A stretch of 64,000 nt of DNA from Heterodontus francisci (taxonomy: Eukaryota). The position numbers and the translations under genes are program-made. Of this stretch, positions 1-12,989 are shown in pieces (positions within the stretch are counted from its first letter, which is position 1; each line of letters begins with the position of its first letter). The stretch spans positions 32,106,236 through 32,170,235 of the forward strand of contig NC_090404.1 in NCBI RefSeq assembly GCF_036365525.1. Direction: 5' to 3'. Below the pieces are notes generated by a model. The model searched no databases. It was given only the letters and a program-made list of their open reading frames with translations, and was not told where the DNA came from.

Positions 1-19
1 GTAAAAAGAGAAATGAAAG

Positions 20-145
20 AAAAATGCAGCAGATGCTGGGAATCTGAAATAATAACAAAAAGTGTTGAAAATACACAGCAGGTCGGTTAGAATTTATGGA
101 CAGAGAGGCAGAGTTAACGTTTCAGTTCTGTGTCCTTTCATAAGA
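20..145 (-). mobile_element. Penelope-like element terminal repeat fragment (degenerate)
   Basis: gatgctgggaatctgaaat...cagcaggtcgg...cagagttaacgtttcag matches copies at 7100, 12900, 24580, 24920 and 42570; the 24.9 kb copy follows a GIY-YIG C-terminus. Confidence 0.6.
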
Positions 146-416
146 CAGCATTAAAAGGCGAGAAATTATATCAGTAAATTGAAGAAATTATATTGTTACA
201 ATGTTGAATAAAGACTGCTAAAGTGTAAAACGAAACTATAATATAGAAGACATTATATTAAATAGTGGGAAGGAAGCTTCCTATTAAATGGGAGAAATTA
301 TTCCATTAAAGGGTAAAAAGAATGTCAGTACCGTGGAGAAGAGCTATTGCTAAATGAAAGCAATGATACAGCTCACCAATATTTCTCATAACTTCTAGCA
401 AACTACAATATTTTAC

Positions 417-486
417 CTGGAACCCCGATAACAGCAAGGATTGGATAGTAAATGGCAAATACCAGACCTTTTGGTGCAACGTGCAT
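417..486 (-). CDS. Exon 1 of GPR139-like class A GPCR gene A (exon 2 lies off the left edge of the window)
   Basis: 70-nt exon MHVAPKGLVFAIYYPILAVIGVP+G followed by a GT donor (CCAG|gtaaaa); same length and phase as exon 1 of the two complete paralogs. Confidence 0.85.
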
Positions 487-536
487 TTCGATCAGAGACT
501 CTGAGCACGATCCACAATATAGTCAAATATTGTCAC

Positions 537-640
537 ATTTATACCTGAAATCAGGCTCCAGGGATATAATTAGGTGGTTTGATCTATTGCATCAATCACA
601 CTAATTGAAACAAACAGATTCGTGCAGCTGCTGCCAGGAT
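537..640 (-). promoter_or_regulatory. Conserved GPCR promoter of gene A: TAATTA + TCCCTGGAG + TATA box
   Basis: Minus strand reads cctaattatatccctggagcctgatttcaggTATAAAT about 50 nt upstream of the ATG; conserved in all three paralogs. Confidence 0.7.
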
Positions 641-989
641 CATGTTTATGATTTGATGGAATAGAATTTTTATAAAGAGCACTGCTACGTCTCTAAAATG
701 AAATACCCAGAGACTATAATATGGTCCCTGCTATATTTCTTAATAAAGGATATCAAAAAGCTTACTACCATGTTGAGATGGTGAAAGTGCACCCTGTACA
801 CGAAGAATCTCCTGTTTGAACCCCTTCATGCTGAGTTAAGTGCCCTCACCACAAGATATAACTGATCGGGGATATTTTGGTGCTGAAGGAAAATGCATTC
901 AAGTTCTCACTCCCAATCATAATTCAGCTTCAGTCCATGCGATCACTGGTCACAGACATCTGACTCAAAATCCCTCTGAGAATGTAGAC

Positions 990-1450
990 CGACTTCAGTG
1001 CAGCTGACTGTGCATTCCTTGTGCTGATGTCGAGGACAGCACGAATACTTTCAGTGTGCATAGGTGCAGTTGATCATGTTTCCATTTTGTGCAGAAATGA
1101 ACATGTTCAGCACGATTGTCTTCAGTACGGTTACCTTCAGTGGGTGCAGGCCCAGTTGAGCAGAGCTACACTTAGCTTGGACTGATCCAGGTCGGGGAGT
1201 TATATGCATTGTGTAGAGGTCCAGTTCAGCACGGTTACAGTCAGTGTAGTCTGATACAGTTCAGCATGATTACTTTCGGTGCACAGGACAAGTTCTGCAC
1301 GGTGACATTCAGATCAACTGGTACACTTACCATGGATACATTTATTGTCCTGTTCAGCATGGTTACATTCAAAGTGCACAGCTTCTGTTCAGCATGGTTA
1401 CTCTCAGTGTGGACTGGAACAGTTCAATGCAGTAACTATCAATGTTGATA
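990..1450. repeat. Degenerate ~30-35 bp satellite upstream of gene A (resumes at 3314-3400 after a CR1 insertion)
   Basis: Recurring gttcagca(c/t)ggttac..tcagtgt motif; same array at 9420-10020, 17585-18480 and 55490-56370. Confidence 0.75.
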
Positions 1451-1454
1451 ACTC

Positions 1455-3313
1455 TCAATGCCTTTGGATAAAGGAGAATCCTAAAAGATTCTGTAAGTAT
1501 ATTACGAGTAACAGGGTAGCTAGGAAGAGAGTAGGTCTCCTGAAGGATCAGTGTGGCAATCTATGCATGGAGCCACGGGTAATGGGCGAGGTCTTAAATG
1601 AATACTTCTCATCTGTAATTACCGTGGAGAAGGTCATGGAAGCTAGTGAGTTCAAGGGATGGAACAGCGATACCCTGGAGCATATCAACATTACAAAGCA
1701 GGATGTGTTGGAGGTTTTAAAGTGCATTAAGATGGATAAATCCCCAGGGCCTGACCAGGTGTATCCCAGGTTGCTATGGGAAGCAAGGCAGGAGATTGTT
1801 GGGGCCCTGGCAGAGATTTTTATATCATCGTTAGCCACGGGTGAGGTACTGGAAGACTGGAGGATAGCTAATGTTGTGCCTTTATTTAAGAAGGGCAGCA
1901 GGGATAAGCCAGGGAACTATAGGCCGGTGAGCCTTACATCAGTGGTGGAAATGTTACTGGAAGAGATTCTGAGAGACAGGATTTATATGCATTTGGAAAG
2001 GCATGGTCTGATTAGGGGTAGACAGCATGGCTCTGTGTATGGGAAATCATGTCTCACGAATTTGAGTTTTTCGAGGAGGTTACCAAGAGGATTGACGATT
2101 GCAGGGCGATGGACGTTGTCTACATGGACTTTAGCAAGGCCTTTGACAAGGTCCTGCATGGGTAGGCTGGTCTTGAAGTTTCGAACACATGGGATCCAGG
2201 ATGAGCTAGCCAATTGGTTGTAAAATTGGCTTGGTGATAGGAGGCAGAGGGTGGTAGTGGAGGGTTGCTTTTCAGATTGGAGGTCTGTGACCAGTGGTGT
2301 GCCGCAGGGATCTGTGCTGGGCCCTCTGTTGTTGTCATATATATTAATGACTTGGATGTGAATGTAGGGGGCATGATTAGTAAGTTTTCAGATGACACCA
2401 AAATTGGTGGTATAGTGGACAGTAAAGAAGGTTGTCTAAGGTTACAACATGATATAGATCAACTGGGAAAGTGGGCAAGGGATTGGCAAATGGAATTTAA
2501 TGCAGCCAAGTGCGAAGTGATGCATTTTGGGAAGTTAAACCAAGGCAGGACATATACAGTGAATGGCAGGGCCCTGGGGATTGTTCTTGAGCAGCGAGAC
2601 CTTGGGGTGCAAGTACATAGTTCCCTGAATGTGGCAACACAGGTAGACAGGGTGGTGAAGAAGGCGTATGGCACACTTGCCTTCATGGGCCGAGGCACTG
2701 AGTACAAGAGTTGGGGCGTCATGCTACAGTTGTACATAACATTGGTTAGACCGCATTTGGAGTACTGTGAGCAGTTCTGGTCGCCGCACTATAGGAAAGA
2801 TGTGATTAGGCTAGAAAGGGTGCAGAAAAGATTCACAAGGATGTTGCCTGGATTGGAGGGCTTGAGTTATAAAGAGAGATTGGATAGGCTGGGTCTGTTT
2901 TCCCTGGAGCGACAGAGGCTGAGAGTGGTCATGATAGAGGTATATAAAATTATGAGAGGCATAGGTAGGGTAGAAAGCCAGAGTCTGTTTCCCATGGTAG
3001 CGGTGACTAAAACTAGAGGGCATAGATTTAAGGTGAGAGGGAGGAGGTTTAAAGTGGATCAAAGGGGTAAATTTTTCACACAAAGAATAGTGGGTATCTG
3101 GAATGAGCTGCCAGAGGAGGTGGTGGAGGCACGAACAGTAGCAACATTTAAGAGGCATCTGGACAGGTAATTGAATGAGTAAGTCATAGAGGGTTATGGA
3201 ATTAATGTAGGCTGGTGTGATTAGTATAGCTAGGCATTATGGTCGGCATGGACGCGGTGGGCCAAAGGGCCTGTTTCTATGCTGTACGACTCTATGAATC
3301 TATGACTCTATGA
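1455..3313 (+). mobile_element. CR1 LINE, 5'-truncated, RT region with frameshifts
   Basis: ORFs 1345-2223 and 2265-3170 contain KSPGPD, PGNYRPVSLTS, SKFSDDTK and LERVQKRFTRM; 3' tail of actctatg-like repeats. Confidence 0.95.
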
Positions 3314-3419
3314 TGGGTCCAGCCCGTTTAGATTCCACGTGCACAGGTCCCGTTGTGCAGGCTAACTTTCAATGTGGAAATGCTCAGATCAACAAGATTT
3401 CATTTATTAGCCTGGGGTG

Positions 3420-3815
3420 CATGCTGCGCATGTTCGTTAGGGTACTAACTTATGAGAAGAGGTTTGTATTCGTGACTACAGAAGATTAAGGGGAATTTAT
3501 GATTTGTTCCCATAGACAGACAGATAGTTATTTCCTCAGTTGGGGTGTCCAGGTGTCTTAAAGTTAAAGAAAGCCGTTCATGGATAAAGTGGGGAAGCAT
3601 TTACTCACACAGATGGTATGGTAAAGCTGGAACTCGCTGCATCAAAATGCTGTTGAGACTAGATCAATTAGAAGTGTAAAAACTCACATTCGGCAAGAGT
3701 ATTAAGGAGTATAAACCGAGGTGATGAGTGGAGTTAAAACACACATCCACCATGATTTAATTGAATAGCGGAGCAGGCTTGAGGGGCATAATCGGGGCCT
3801 ACACTGTTCCTATGT
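3420..3815 (+). mobile_element. Degraded CR1 3' fragment
   Basis: tatgagaagagg...agaagattaagggg...ggaactcgctgc...gagcaggcttgagggg resembles a CR1 3' end. Confidence 0.55.
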
Positions 3816-4929
3816 GCCTAATCTGTCCATCAGCTCTGAAGTAAACAGTGAACTCCAACAAGTGCAATATTGTGTAAGCTGCAAAAACCGTACTCATCTG
3901 TTTAAAGGAAGTCCCAACATTAAACCACATAGCCCCCAGATAATGTGAGTGGAAGAGGCAGACGGCGGGCTTCTGGTCATCTCAAAACTCAACAGATTAT
4001 TAACAAAGCGTAGACATGGCTATTGGAATGACATGGAGTTCGTATTTTTTATTGCATTGACATTTTTGGGCCGTATTTAATAGCGAAATCAATGAGCTAC
4101 TTGGTTCGAGAATTGTACAACTTGATGGTGAAATTACTCAAATGTTTTAATTATTTACTGGTTAGACTAAATAATAAACACTTTGACAACTGGTAGATTT
4201 ATTTATTCGGCAATGTACTTGTGATTGGTTTTAAGCAATGAACTTTCTGAAGTTAAATTATAATTCAGTATGTTATTGATCATTCCGAATAATGAAATAA
4301 GTGACAGGATTCATTAATGATCCATTTCCCAGAAGCATACATCCCAGCCTCCAGATTTAATCAGTTCGTTTTTCTGTCACTGCTCTCCATCTGCTTTAGG
4401 GTTATCTCTCACTTCCCTCCTTATCCCTTTGGTTCATCTCTCACTCCACCCATCCGTTCAGTTTATCTCTCACTGCTCTTCCCAGGCCTGATGTTCCTGT
4501 TTTTTTCCGCTGCAAACTTTTAACCCCGTTCGTTCTGATTCATTTGCTCAATGTTCTGATGTTCCGACACATCTCGTTGCCAATAAAGCTTTAAAATTCA
4601 CACAGACGTTTCTGTCCATTTGCTTGTCACTGTCCTGTACAATTCCAAATCCAACGCTTCACTCCAACATTTTTTGCGGATTCCTCTTTTAGCTTCAAGG
4701 ACCATTCCTACCGACCAGATCACCAGCTCACATTCACTCAATCATCTATTTGAAAGCCCAAATCCGAATGCAGTCCCAACTTTTACCTTTCCTGACTCTC
4801 ACTGTTTTTCCATTTGCTGTTTGCCCTATGACCATGGATGTTCTTTGAAGAGTCCTTCTACTTAATTCTGTGTACTTATTTTAATCTGTATAATCTCAAT
4901 TTAAATGGTATAACTTTCCATTCAAGAGT

Positions 4930-5050
4930 TATCGGCTTGAAGACCCAATCAGGACTTTAGTCTACAGTTCCAGTTGACACGTAGAAACATTGAGGGAGTG
5001 CTGCAGTGCGGAAAATGTGGTTTTTACAAGAGATGGTCAACAGATTAGGT
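4930..5050 (+). mobile_element. DeuSINE-like core remnant
   Basis: ttgacac...tgagggagtgctgcagtg resembles the Deu-domain consensus. Confidence 0.4.
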
Positions 5051-5247
5051 AGTTGGGATGGAAATTAATAAGTGCCGTCAGATCACCTGGTAAGTCGGGC
5101 AATATTTTTGCCTAGACAAATGCTGTCACTTCAGGACCAACTGGTTCATGGTCTCCCTGCTGTTTTATGGAGCTGGCCCATGAAGATCAACATATTACTT
5201 CTTCTGGGAGCGTATTCTATACTTTCTCCTCTTTATTTCTCTGGCAG

Positions 5248-5900
5248 TTAATTTAGTGTAAGTTGTGATTCTGTCCTGAGGAAGGTGTGGACTTTCCATA
5301 TCTATCACTCAGTTCCTGGTTTCCATGCAATGACAGGTCTCCTGGTCATTATCATCGTCATGATAGCGTCCTGGCGATTACTCACGTGTGCAATCTCAGG
5401 ATTAGGTTAATTATGCATCCAGAAATACGACTATTTGATTAACAGCCACTATCACATCTGATCGATTTGTAGTCATCTGATATCAAAAGTTGAAAAGAAA
5501 ATATTGCACAGAGAAAACGGTGGCCCTGGTTACACGAAAGACTTGTCTGTACTTTGGGCTGTTTAATTAACATCTCATGGTGTTTAATGTATGAAGCGTT
5601 CTACATAACTGACACTATCAAGTGGAATTGCAGACCTGAAATTTATCCGTTTTACTTCATCAATGATTTCAGCTTTCTCATGGAATTAACTTATTTTAAC
5701 CCCATTCTTTCTGATTCGTATTCTCAATTCACTGACCTTCAGACTCACTCTCACTGGCAATAAAGCACGGAGCAGATTCAGCCCCCCACCCCCACTCCAG
5801 AGTAATGGGCAGAGTCAGAGTGACACAATGATGGAGATCCAGACTCTTTGTCATCTCGGGCTGTTTCATCCTGATGTGGATGATATCCATCTGCAGCAAC
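5248..5900 (+). pseudogene. GPR139-like GPCR pseudogene (exon 2 remnant)
   Basis: After a polypyrimidine/cag acceptor: NLV*VVILS*GRCGLS.SIT, then TSDRFVVI*YQKLKRKYCTEKT, SNGQSQSD and ISGCFIL; homologous to the intact exons 2 but with stops and frameshifts. Confidence 0.85.
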
Positions 5901-7094
5901 CTTTATTTGATTCTGTTCGTCTTTATATATTGTAGGAGATTTGAAATGGAGTAGAAGTTTTCCACAGCTTCAGGACTTGAATCAATTGACTGTTGTGGAC
6001 ATTACTCACCACACGACCACAAGTGAGAACGTCACGTGTGAGCTGGTGGGAGTAATTATTCGGATGGAGCCTGACAGCTACTGGTGTGATGAACACGATG
6101 ATGCATCAATTCGTATGCTGGTGTTGTTTCAATTCATTGTATTGGTAATACTAATTTATTGTGGACGGCATGTCTGGAAACAAGGACTATAGGAAATCGT
6201 GAACTCAATAACAACATACCCAAATAACCATAAGGAATCGTATTGTATGACTTCACTGAATATTCATGTTGAATTGTGTAACATGAGCTCCTTAAAGAAT
6301 AAATCTGATTCTGTGGTTGTTACAACTGATGTACCAAGAGAAGGCACCCTGCCTAAATGGATTGTTTTCTGCGTGTCCATCGTGTTTCATCGATGGAAGG
6401 ATGCCAACCAATAAACACAACTGATAGCTGGAAAGATCAGTTTTTCCTGGTGGCAGCTCACACTAATTGACATCAATAACTAACCCTGCTCAGTCACTGT
6501 CATGCGCAAAAATGTAAATAATTGATCCCACAACAGCTGATATTCAGATAAACGAAGCTCTCAGGGGGACGAGAATCGGCAATGGGCCAACGTATAGCTG
6601 AAGAGTGTTCTCTGGAAGGAAGGTGATCTGTTGATAACATATATATTTATTAAACTCAATAATATATAGAATATATATGTAGATATCACTGTAATCTAAT
6701 TAACTGGCTTGTTGCTAGTGCATCTACAAAATCTCTGAATTATAAATTGCAAATGCAATTTACTTTATTTAGCATAATTGAATCTTCCAGCAGAGAAGGA
6801 AATAATTTGCCCTGTCGTGCATGTGTCGGCTCTTTAACTGAGCTATTCAATTCAGCCCCAAAACCCAACTTTTTTCCCCGATAACCCTGAAAATTAGTTC
6901 TCTTCCAGCGCACATCCCGTTGCTTTTGAAAGTTCCCATGGAATCTAATTCCACCAACCTTTTTGGTGCTGTGTGCCAGAACATACCAAATTGCCTACTT
7001 TTGCATCAATCCATGTTTGTCTGTTTATCGATATAACCAATATAATATACAATTTAGGAGCGAATCTGCAACAGAAATCGAACCTGGTGTGAAC

Positions 7095-7300
7095 AAAAAG
7101 AGAAAATGCTGGGTATACACAGCAAGCCAGGAGGCATCTGTGGAGAGAGGAAAAACAGAGTTAACGGTTCAGGTCAATAACCTTTCATCAGTTCTGATGG
7201 AAACTTGTTTACCTGAAACGTTAACTCTGTTTCTCTCGACACAAATGCTGCCTGACCTGCTGAATATTTCCAGAATTTTCTGTTTCTATTTCCGATTTCC
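7095..7300. mobile_element. Head-to-head inverted pair of Penelope terminal repeats
   Basis: 7102-7190 is an imperfect reverse complement of 7194-7280; each arm carries a degenerate CTGATGA...GAAAC hammerhead-like core. Confidence 0.7.
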
Positions 7301-7769
7301 AAGATGTAAAGTACTTTGTTTTGTTTTTTTGAACATTGGTGATCTCTTGGTAAAGGTTTTATGAGCTGCAATCCAATTATTCTTTAGTAACAATGTCATT
7401 TCCACCACGTTCTATTTGTATAGAATCCCCGTTTCCGCAGTAAAGATGATAGACTGGATTTATCTGTGGAAACAGACTAATTCCCTTGGCTAATGAGCCC
7501 TACCCAGCACTAAAGCTGTGCTCTCCCCTGATGTCATTGTGATGCATCATTTCAGGGTGGAGGGGTAGATACCAATAGAATTCACACAGAATTCATTGAC
7601 AGGTAGGACATAGTGCAATGATTGTTTAGTTACCATCCAGGATACGTCCATTGTTCCACTCTATGTCAAACACTCGTGCACATTCATGCACCAGTGAGAA
7701 TGGAATTAAATAATCTGGACATTTCTCTTAATGAATGCACTGTATTTATTTCAATTTTCTCAAAGAGCT

Positions 7770-8420
7770 TTACAGAGGTCGGAAATCTGACCTTCTGAAC
7801 GTCCATGTACACAACATTATTGCACTGCCCTGACCAACCATCCACGTAGCCACGTCAAAAAACTCAATCCAGTTAGTCAAACATGATTTGCCCTTAATAC
7901 GTCTGCCTGTGCTGGTTCTACTTTATCAGTGTATGCCTGTCCAGATGGTAATCAGATTTGGCCCCGATTATTGTTTCTAAGTGCTTCCCCAGCACTGATG
8001 TTAGACCGACTAGCCTGTAATTGACAGTCTTGTCATTCTTCCCTTTTCTGCACAAGGATGCGACATTTGTAATCGTTCAGAGCTTTGGCACCACCCCAGT
8101 AACTGAGCGGAATTGAAGATTTGTGCGCAGCAGCTGCACAATTTCTCTCCTTATTTCTCTCAGCTATCTCATATTCATTTCATCTGGACCAGATAAGTCA
8201 ACCACTTTAAGTCCCACTGGAATTTTTATTATGTCCTATTCATCTATTTTAGCTCATCTGGTGTCCCAGTAACCTCCTCATTTGGCCATAGTTTTGAAAA
8301 GTCCTCTTCTGTGGCAGTCACTGATGTAAAAGTGTTCATTTAGTGCCTCAGGCATGCCTTAAACCTTGACCATATATCTTCATTTTCGTCCCCAACTGGC
8401 CACACCACTCTTCTGACAAC
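7770..8420 (-). mobile_element. Degraded CR1 RT fragment
   Basis: Reverse strand gives an NY.LVGLTSVLGKHLE-like CR1 motif (7960-8030) and neighbouring CR1-like sequence. Confidence 0.6.
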
Positions 8421-8539
8421 TCCTTATTTTTGTTTTGTAAATTTTCGAACTGCGTCTTTGCACATATGTTTAATTTTGCAACTCTCTTCTGTGCTTTTTA
8501 TATTAAGCTTGATTCCCCCTAGTATTATCAATTTGAAAT

Positions 8540-10080
8540 CCGTTATCGGCTCCAGTACTGGGGAAAGAGGGAGCTGTGTCATTGGGACGAGGCCCACTTA
8601 AACTGAGCTGGGAACAATGTCCAGGCGAATCCAATAACTAAGATTATAGATGGATAAGATAACAAATTGGGGAGGCTTAAAGTGATAGGAATTTATCAAT
8701 GTAAATTGAAAAGTCAAGGGTACCGAGCAGTGAAGTGATTTGGTTGAAGTTAAGCAGAATGTGTTAGGAAGCGACAGAGAGTTAAATGCTAATATTGCAT
8801 CAGTAAATAAGGTAAAATCAGGGGAAAATGGCAGAATTTTAAAATTAAAAACCCTTTATCTGAATGCCCAGAGGATTTCTAGCAAGATAGATGCATTAAT
8901 GGCATAAATAGAGATAAATGGCTTGCTCTAATAGAATTTTTGAGAAGTGGTTTCATGGATACCAAGGTTGGGAAAAAATATTTCAGTGAACTTGACATTT
9001 CGCAAAGACAGACAAAATTAAAAATAAGGTAGGGCAGCCTTCATAATAACGGATCACATAAGGACTGTAGTAAGGAAGGATCTTGTCCAGAAAGAGTAGG
9101 AAATAAAATCAGCATGGGTAGAGAAGTGAAATAACAAGGAGAAGCAAGACATGTGAGAGAAGTTTATAGGCCTCCTAGTAGCAGCTGTACTGTTGGATAT
9201 TGTGTAATCAAAGGCAATCAGGGTGGACAACAAATGTGTGACTTGCCAGCGATGCACATCAAGACATAAAAGGATCTTGTAACAAAGGTTGATATTCAAC
9301 GGCCGAAATTTAACTGCACCAGCCATATGAATACCATGGCTACAAGAGCAGGCCAGAGCCTGGGATGTCTGTGGCACATAACACACCTCATTCCAATAAG
9401 ACTGTCCACAGCGCATGCAACCTCACTTAACTGGACAACTGCACATTAAATGTAAGCATGCTGAACTGGGTCTGTCCACACTGAATATTGTCATGCAGAC
9501 CTGGACCAGTCCACAGTAAGTATCACCATGCTAATTGTGCCTGCCTCTACCGAACCCAACTGTACTGAACTTGACCAGTCAGCACTTAATGCAAGCATGT
9601 TGCTTTGGACGTTTGAACAATGAGAGGTAGCATGCACAACTGGACCTATTCATCTGGAATATAACTAGGCTGAACCCATCAACATCGAAAATAACCGTGC
9701 TGAACTGAACCAGTGCACCCAGAACATGACTGTGCTGAACTAAACCTGGGCACACAGATTCTCACCATGCTGAACTTGACTCTCCGCACTACATGTACCC
9801 ACGCCAACCTTGAGCAGTCCACGCAAAATGCACATGTGCTCAACTGGACATGTCTCCACTGAATATAACCGTACTGAACTTGGCCATCAATACTAATCAC
9901 AACAGAGCTGAATTGGACCTTTCCACACAAAACATAAACGTGCACAACTCACCCTTATGCACACTGAAAGTACCGTGCTGACATAGACCAGTCCACATTG
10001 AATACAGTCAGCTGCGTTGAAGTGGATGCACCCCCTTAGAGGGATTTGTAGTCAGGTGAATATGACCCAGGAGCACACGG
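8540..10080 (+). repeat. Orphan copy of the GPCR upstream module (CR1 5' remnants + LINE fragment + satellite)
   Basis: Colinear with 16720-18535 and, inverted, with 55440-57230, including the same chimeric junctions. Confidence 0.8.
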
Positions 10081-10089
10081 TTCAGCATA

Positions 10090-11900
10090 AAGGTTCAGGT
10101 ATAAAAGTTCAGCATAAGTTCCCTGTTTTTGTACTTAATAGATCTATATATAAAGACCAAGATCCCGTATGCTTTGTTAACTACGCTCTTGATCTGTCCT
10201 GCCACCTTCAAATATTTGTAGGCATGAACACCAGTTCCTTCTGTTCTGCACTCTTTCGAATTGTGCCATTAAATCTATATGGCCTTCCTTTGCCCCTTCT
10301 GCCAAAATGCCTCCCCTTTCAACTTTTCTGTGCTAAGTTCCATCTGCTACGTGTCTGCCCATGCTGCAGTTGACTGGCGTTATACTCATTTGTTTGTCAT
10401 ACCTCTAAGTTTGAAATCATTGGCAAATTTTGAAATTTCACTCTGTATTTCAATATCCAAGTGATATATAGTTTGACAAAAGGCAACCGCTTACTCTAAC
10501 TCGCTTTTTTCTCTCCTTAAGCCAACCTTTTTTTTGTTCAAGCTGACAGGAACTCTCCAATTTCATGAGCCCCAATTTTGTTCACCAGCATCTTACCTGC
10601 TACTTTGTCAAACAGTTGTTTTAAAATCCATATATCACGATCCACTACATTCCCATGATCAACATTCTCTGTCAATTCATCCAAAACCTCAAGTAGATTA
10701 GTCAATCAGAATTTGCCTTTTACAATCCGTGTTGGCTCTCCACAAAACTCAAACCTCTTCAACTGACTGTCACTTTTTTCCTGCTTATTGTCTCTCAAAC
10801 TTTACTGACCGTTGCTGTTATACTATCTGGCATGTCGTAATGTCCTTACACCCTTTGTTGAACAAGGGTGTGACAATCGCCACTGTCCAATCCTCTGTCA
10901 CCTCCCTCATATCTTGTAAAGATAGGAAGTTTATGGCAAAGTCATCTGCTATCTGCATCCCAACTTCGCTTAGCAACTTGCATCCTGGGGTGCAAGCCAT
11001 CCAAACCGGGCGACATATTCACTCTAAGCATAGCACTCGAAAAAAGTACATTTTTGCCTTTCATTGTTTACCCCTTTCATTACTTCTACTATCTCTGCTA
11101 CTCCCATATTTTGTCAGCATAGTCTTACTCAGTGAGCGCCAATACAAAGTACTCAATAAACATTCTATCCTTGCATACTTGTCTAAGCATATATCACCGT
11201 ATTTGTCCCTAATAGGACCCATCCCACCTCTTACTGTCTGCTTACTATTTACACGTCGATTGAAGACATCTGTATGCGCTTTTATGTTAACTGCCATTCT
11301 ATTCCCAAATTCTGTCTCTGCTAGTCTTATTTTCTCCTTCACTTTCCCTCTTAACTTAATGTATTTGGCGTGGCTCTCGCTTGAGGAACTCATCTTCCAT
11401 GCATCATACACACACTTTTTTGTTTCATCATCCTTGCTATCTCCCCCGTCATCCAAGGAGCCCTAGCTTTGGTTCTCTTAACCTTCTGGCTTGTTTTAAT
11501 GTGCATAGCCTGTACCTCAAACATCTCCTCCTTAAGGATCACCCATTGTTCTGTTACCGTGTTTCATGTCACTTTTTTGTTTATTTTACCCGGACTAGAT
11601 TCCTTCCCATTCCATCGATGTTGGCTCTCTACCTATTTAGAAGTTTTACTTTAGATTGCTGCTTGCTTTTCCCCGTTATTATTCTAATCCTTCTGATACG
11701 ATGATCACTCTTACTCAAGGTTTCTCCCACAGACACTTGGCCCACTTGGCCCACCTCATTCCCCAGCACCAGATCCAAAAGTACCTCCTTCCTAATTGGA
11801 CCGAGAACATACTTGTCAAGGAAGGTCTCCTGAACATATTTCGGAAAAGTCTTCCCTTTCTGACTGTTTACTCTAACATTATCCCAATCGATAGTTGGGT
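10090..11900 (-). mobile_element. Degraded CR1 LINE (endonuclease/RT)
   Basis: Minus ORFs: YVQETFLDKYVLGPIRKEVLLDLVLGNE...SDH (APE domain) and EDWTVAIVTPLFNKG. Confidence 0.85.
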
Positions 11901-12516
11901 GCACCAAATGTATGTGCTCTCCAACCTGATCAGAAACAACGTGTGCCAGTCGTGGATCACAACTCCCGCACACAAAACAAGGGACACAAAATATTTTAGC
12001 CCATACTTCTAAGGTCACCTGTGACCGACCAAGAAGTCTACACTTACTACATTTCAAGGCTCGTAACAATCAACTCTTATATTCCAAAATGTTGTTCTAT
12101 GAATGGAGTTTGCGTAATGTGCATTGTAAAAATGAATCATAACTACTTTAATGTGATGCTCGTTATATTGATTCCTGGATAGATCACCCAGTGAAACATT
12201 GCATCAGCAGAATCGTTTTAAATTTACTCCCTTCAAGCGCTGCCCATCGCGTCTGCTTTTACTGTTTTGGCGAAGTGGAAACAACAAGTCGATCTCGACA
12301 TTATCCAGTCCGTCGAGAATCTGGAAAGCAGTAAGCATATTACTTCTCAGCGTTTCCTTTTCCAGTGACCACATATTCGATTTACATTATCGCTCCTCAC
12401 AATTCAATCCATCCATCCATTCGCCCATTCTGGTTGCTCTTTCTTGTGCTCGTTGGACAGCTGTAATACTCTGTGGTGTCCAGAACTGTAGACAATAATC
12501 GAAGTGCTGTCTCATC

Positions 12517-12809
12517 TTCTTCTTCTTCTTTGGCCTCCTTATCTCGAAGGACAATGGATAAGCGCCTGGAGGTGGTCAGTGGTTTGTGAAGCAGCGCCTG
12601 GAGTGGCTATAAATGCCAATTCTAGAGTGACAGGCTCTTCCACAGGTGCTGCAGAGAAATTTGTTTGTCGGGGCTGTTACACAGTTGGCTCTCCCCTTGC
12701 GCCTCTGTCTTTTTTCCTGCCAAATACTAAGTCTCTCCGACTCGCCACACTTTAGCCCCGCCTTTATGGCTGCCCGCCAGCTCTGGCAGACGCTGGCAAC
12801 TGACTCCTG
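12517..12809 (-). mobile_element. RTE-clade LINE 3' end with (GAA)n tail and 8-bp TSD
   Basis: Open frame ...FLCSTCGRACHSRIGIYSHSRRC* (RTE C-terminal Zn motif); flanked by gtctcatc at 12509-12516 and 12810-12817. Confidence 0.9.
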
Positions 12810-12899
12810 GTCTCATCAGTGATTTATAAAGTGGCAGGATCACCTCAATATCTCGGCTCAATTCTGACGTTTTAATACAACACAACATGTCATTTGGTT

Positions 12900-12964
12900 T
12901 GGCAGCATCTGTGGAAAGAGAAGCAGAGTTAACGTTTCGGGTCAGTGACCCTTCTTCGGAACTG
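12900..12964 (-). mobile_element. Penelope terminal repeat fragment with hammerhead-like core
   Basis: Identical to 24613-24676; minus strand reads CCGAAGA-agggtc-act-gaccc-GAAAC-GTTAAC. Confidence 0.7.
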
Positions 12965-12989
12965 TTCTTTCTAATGTCTGTCAGTTACC

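Noticed and set aside
5941-6192. 83-aa ORF with a hydrophobic C-terminal stretch
   Set aside because: Non-ATG start, no recognisable family and no splice support
10729-12069. 245-aa and other plus-strand ORFs
   Set aside because: Antisense shadows of a degraded CR1
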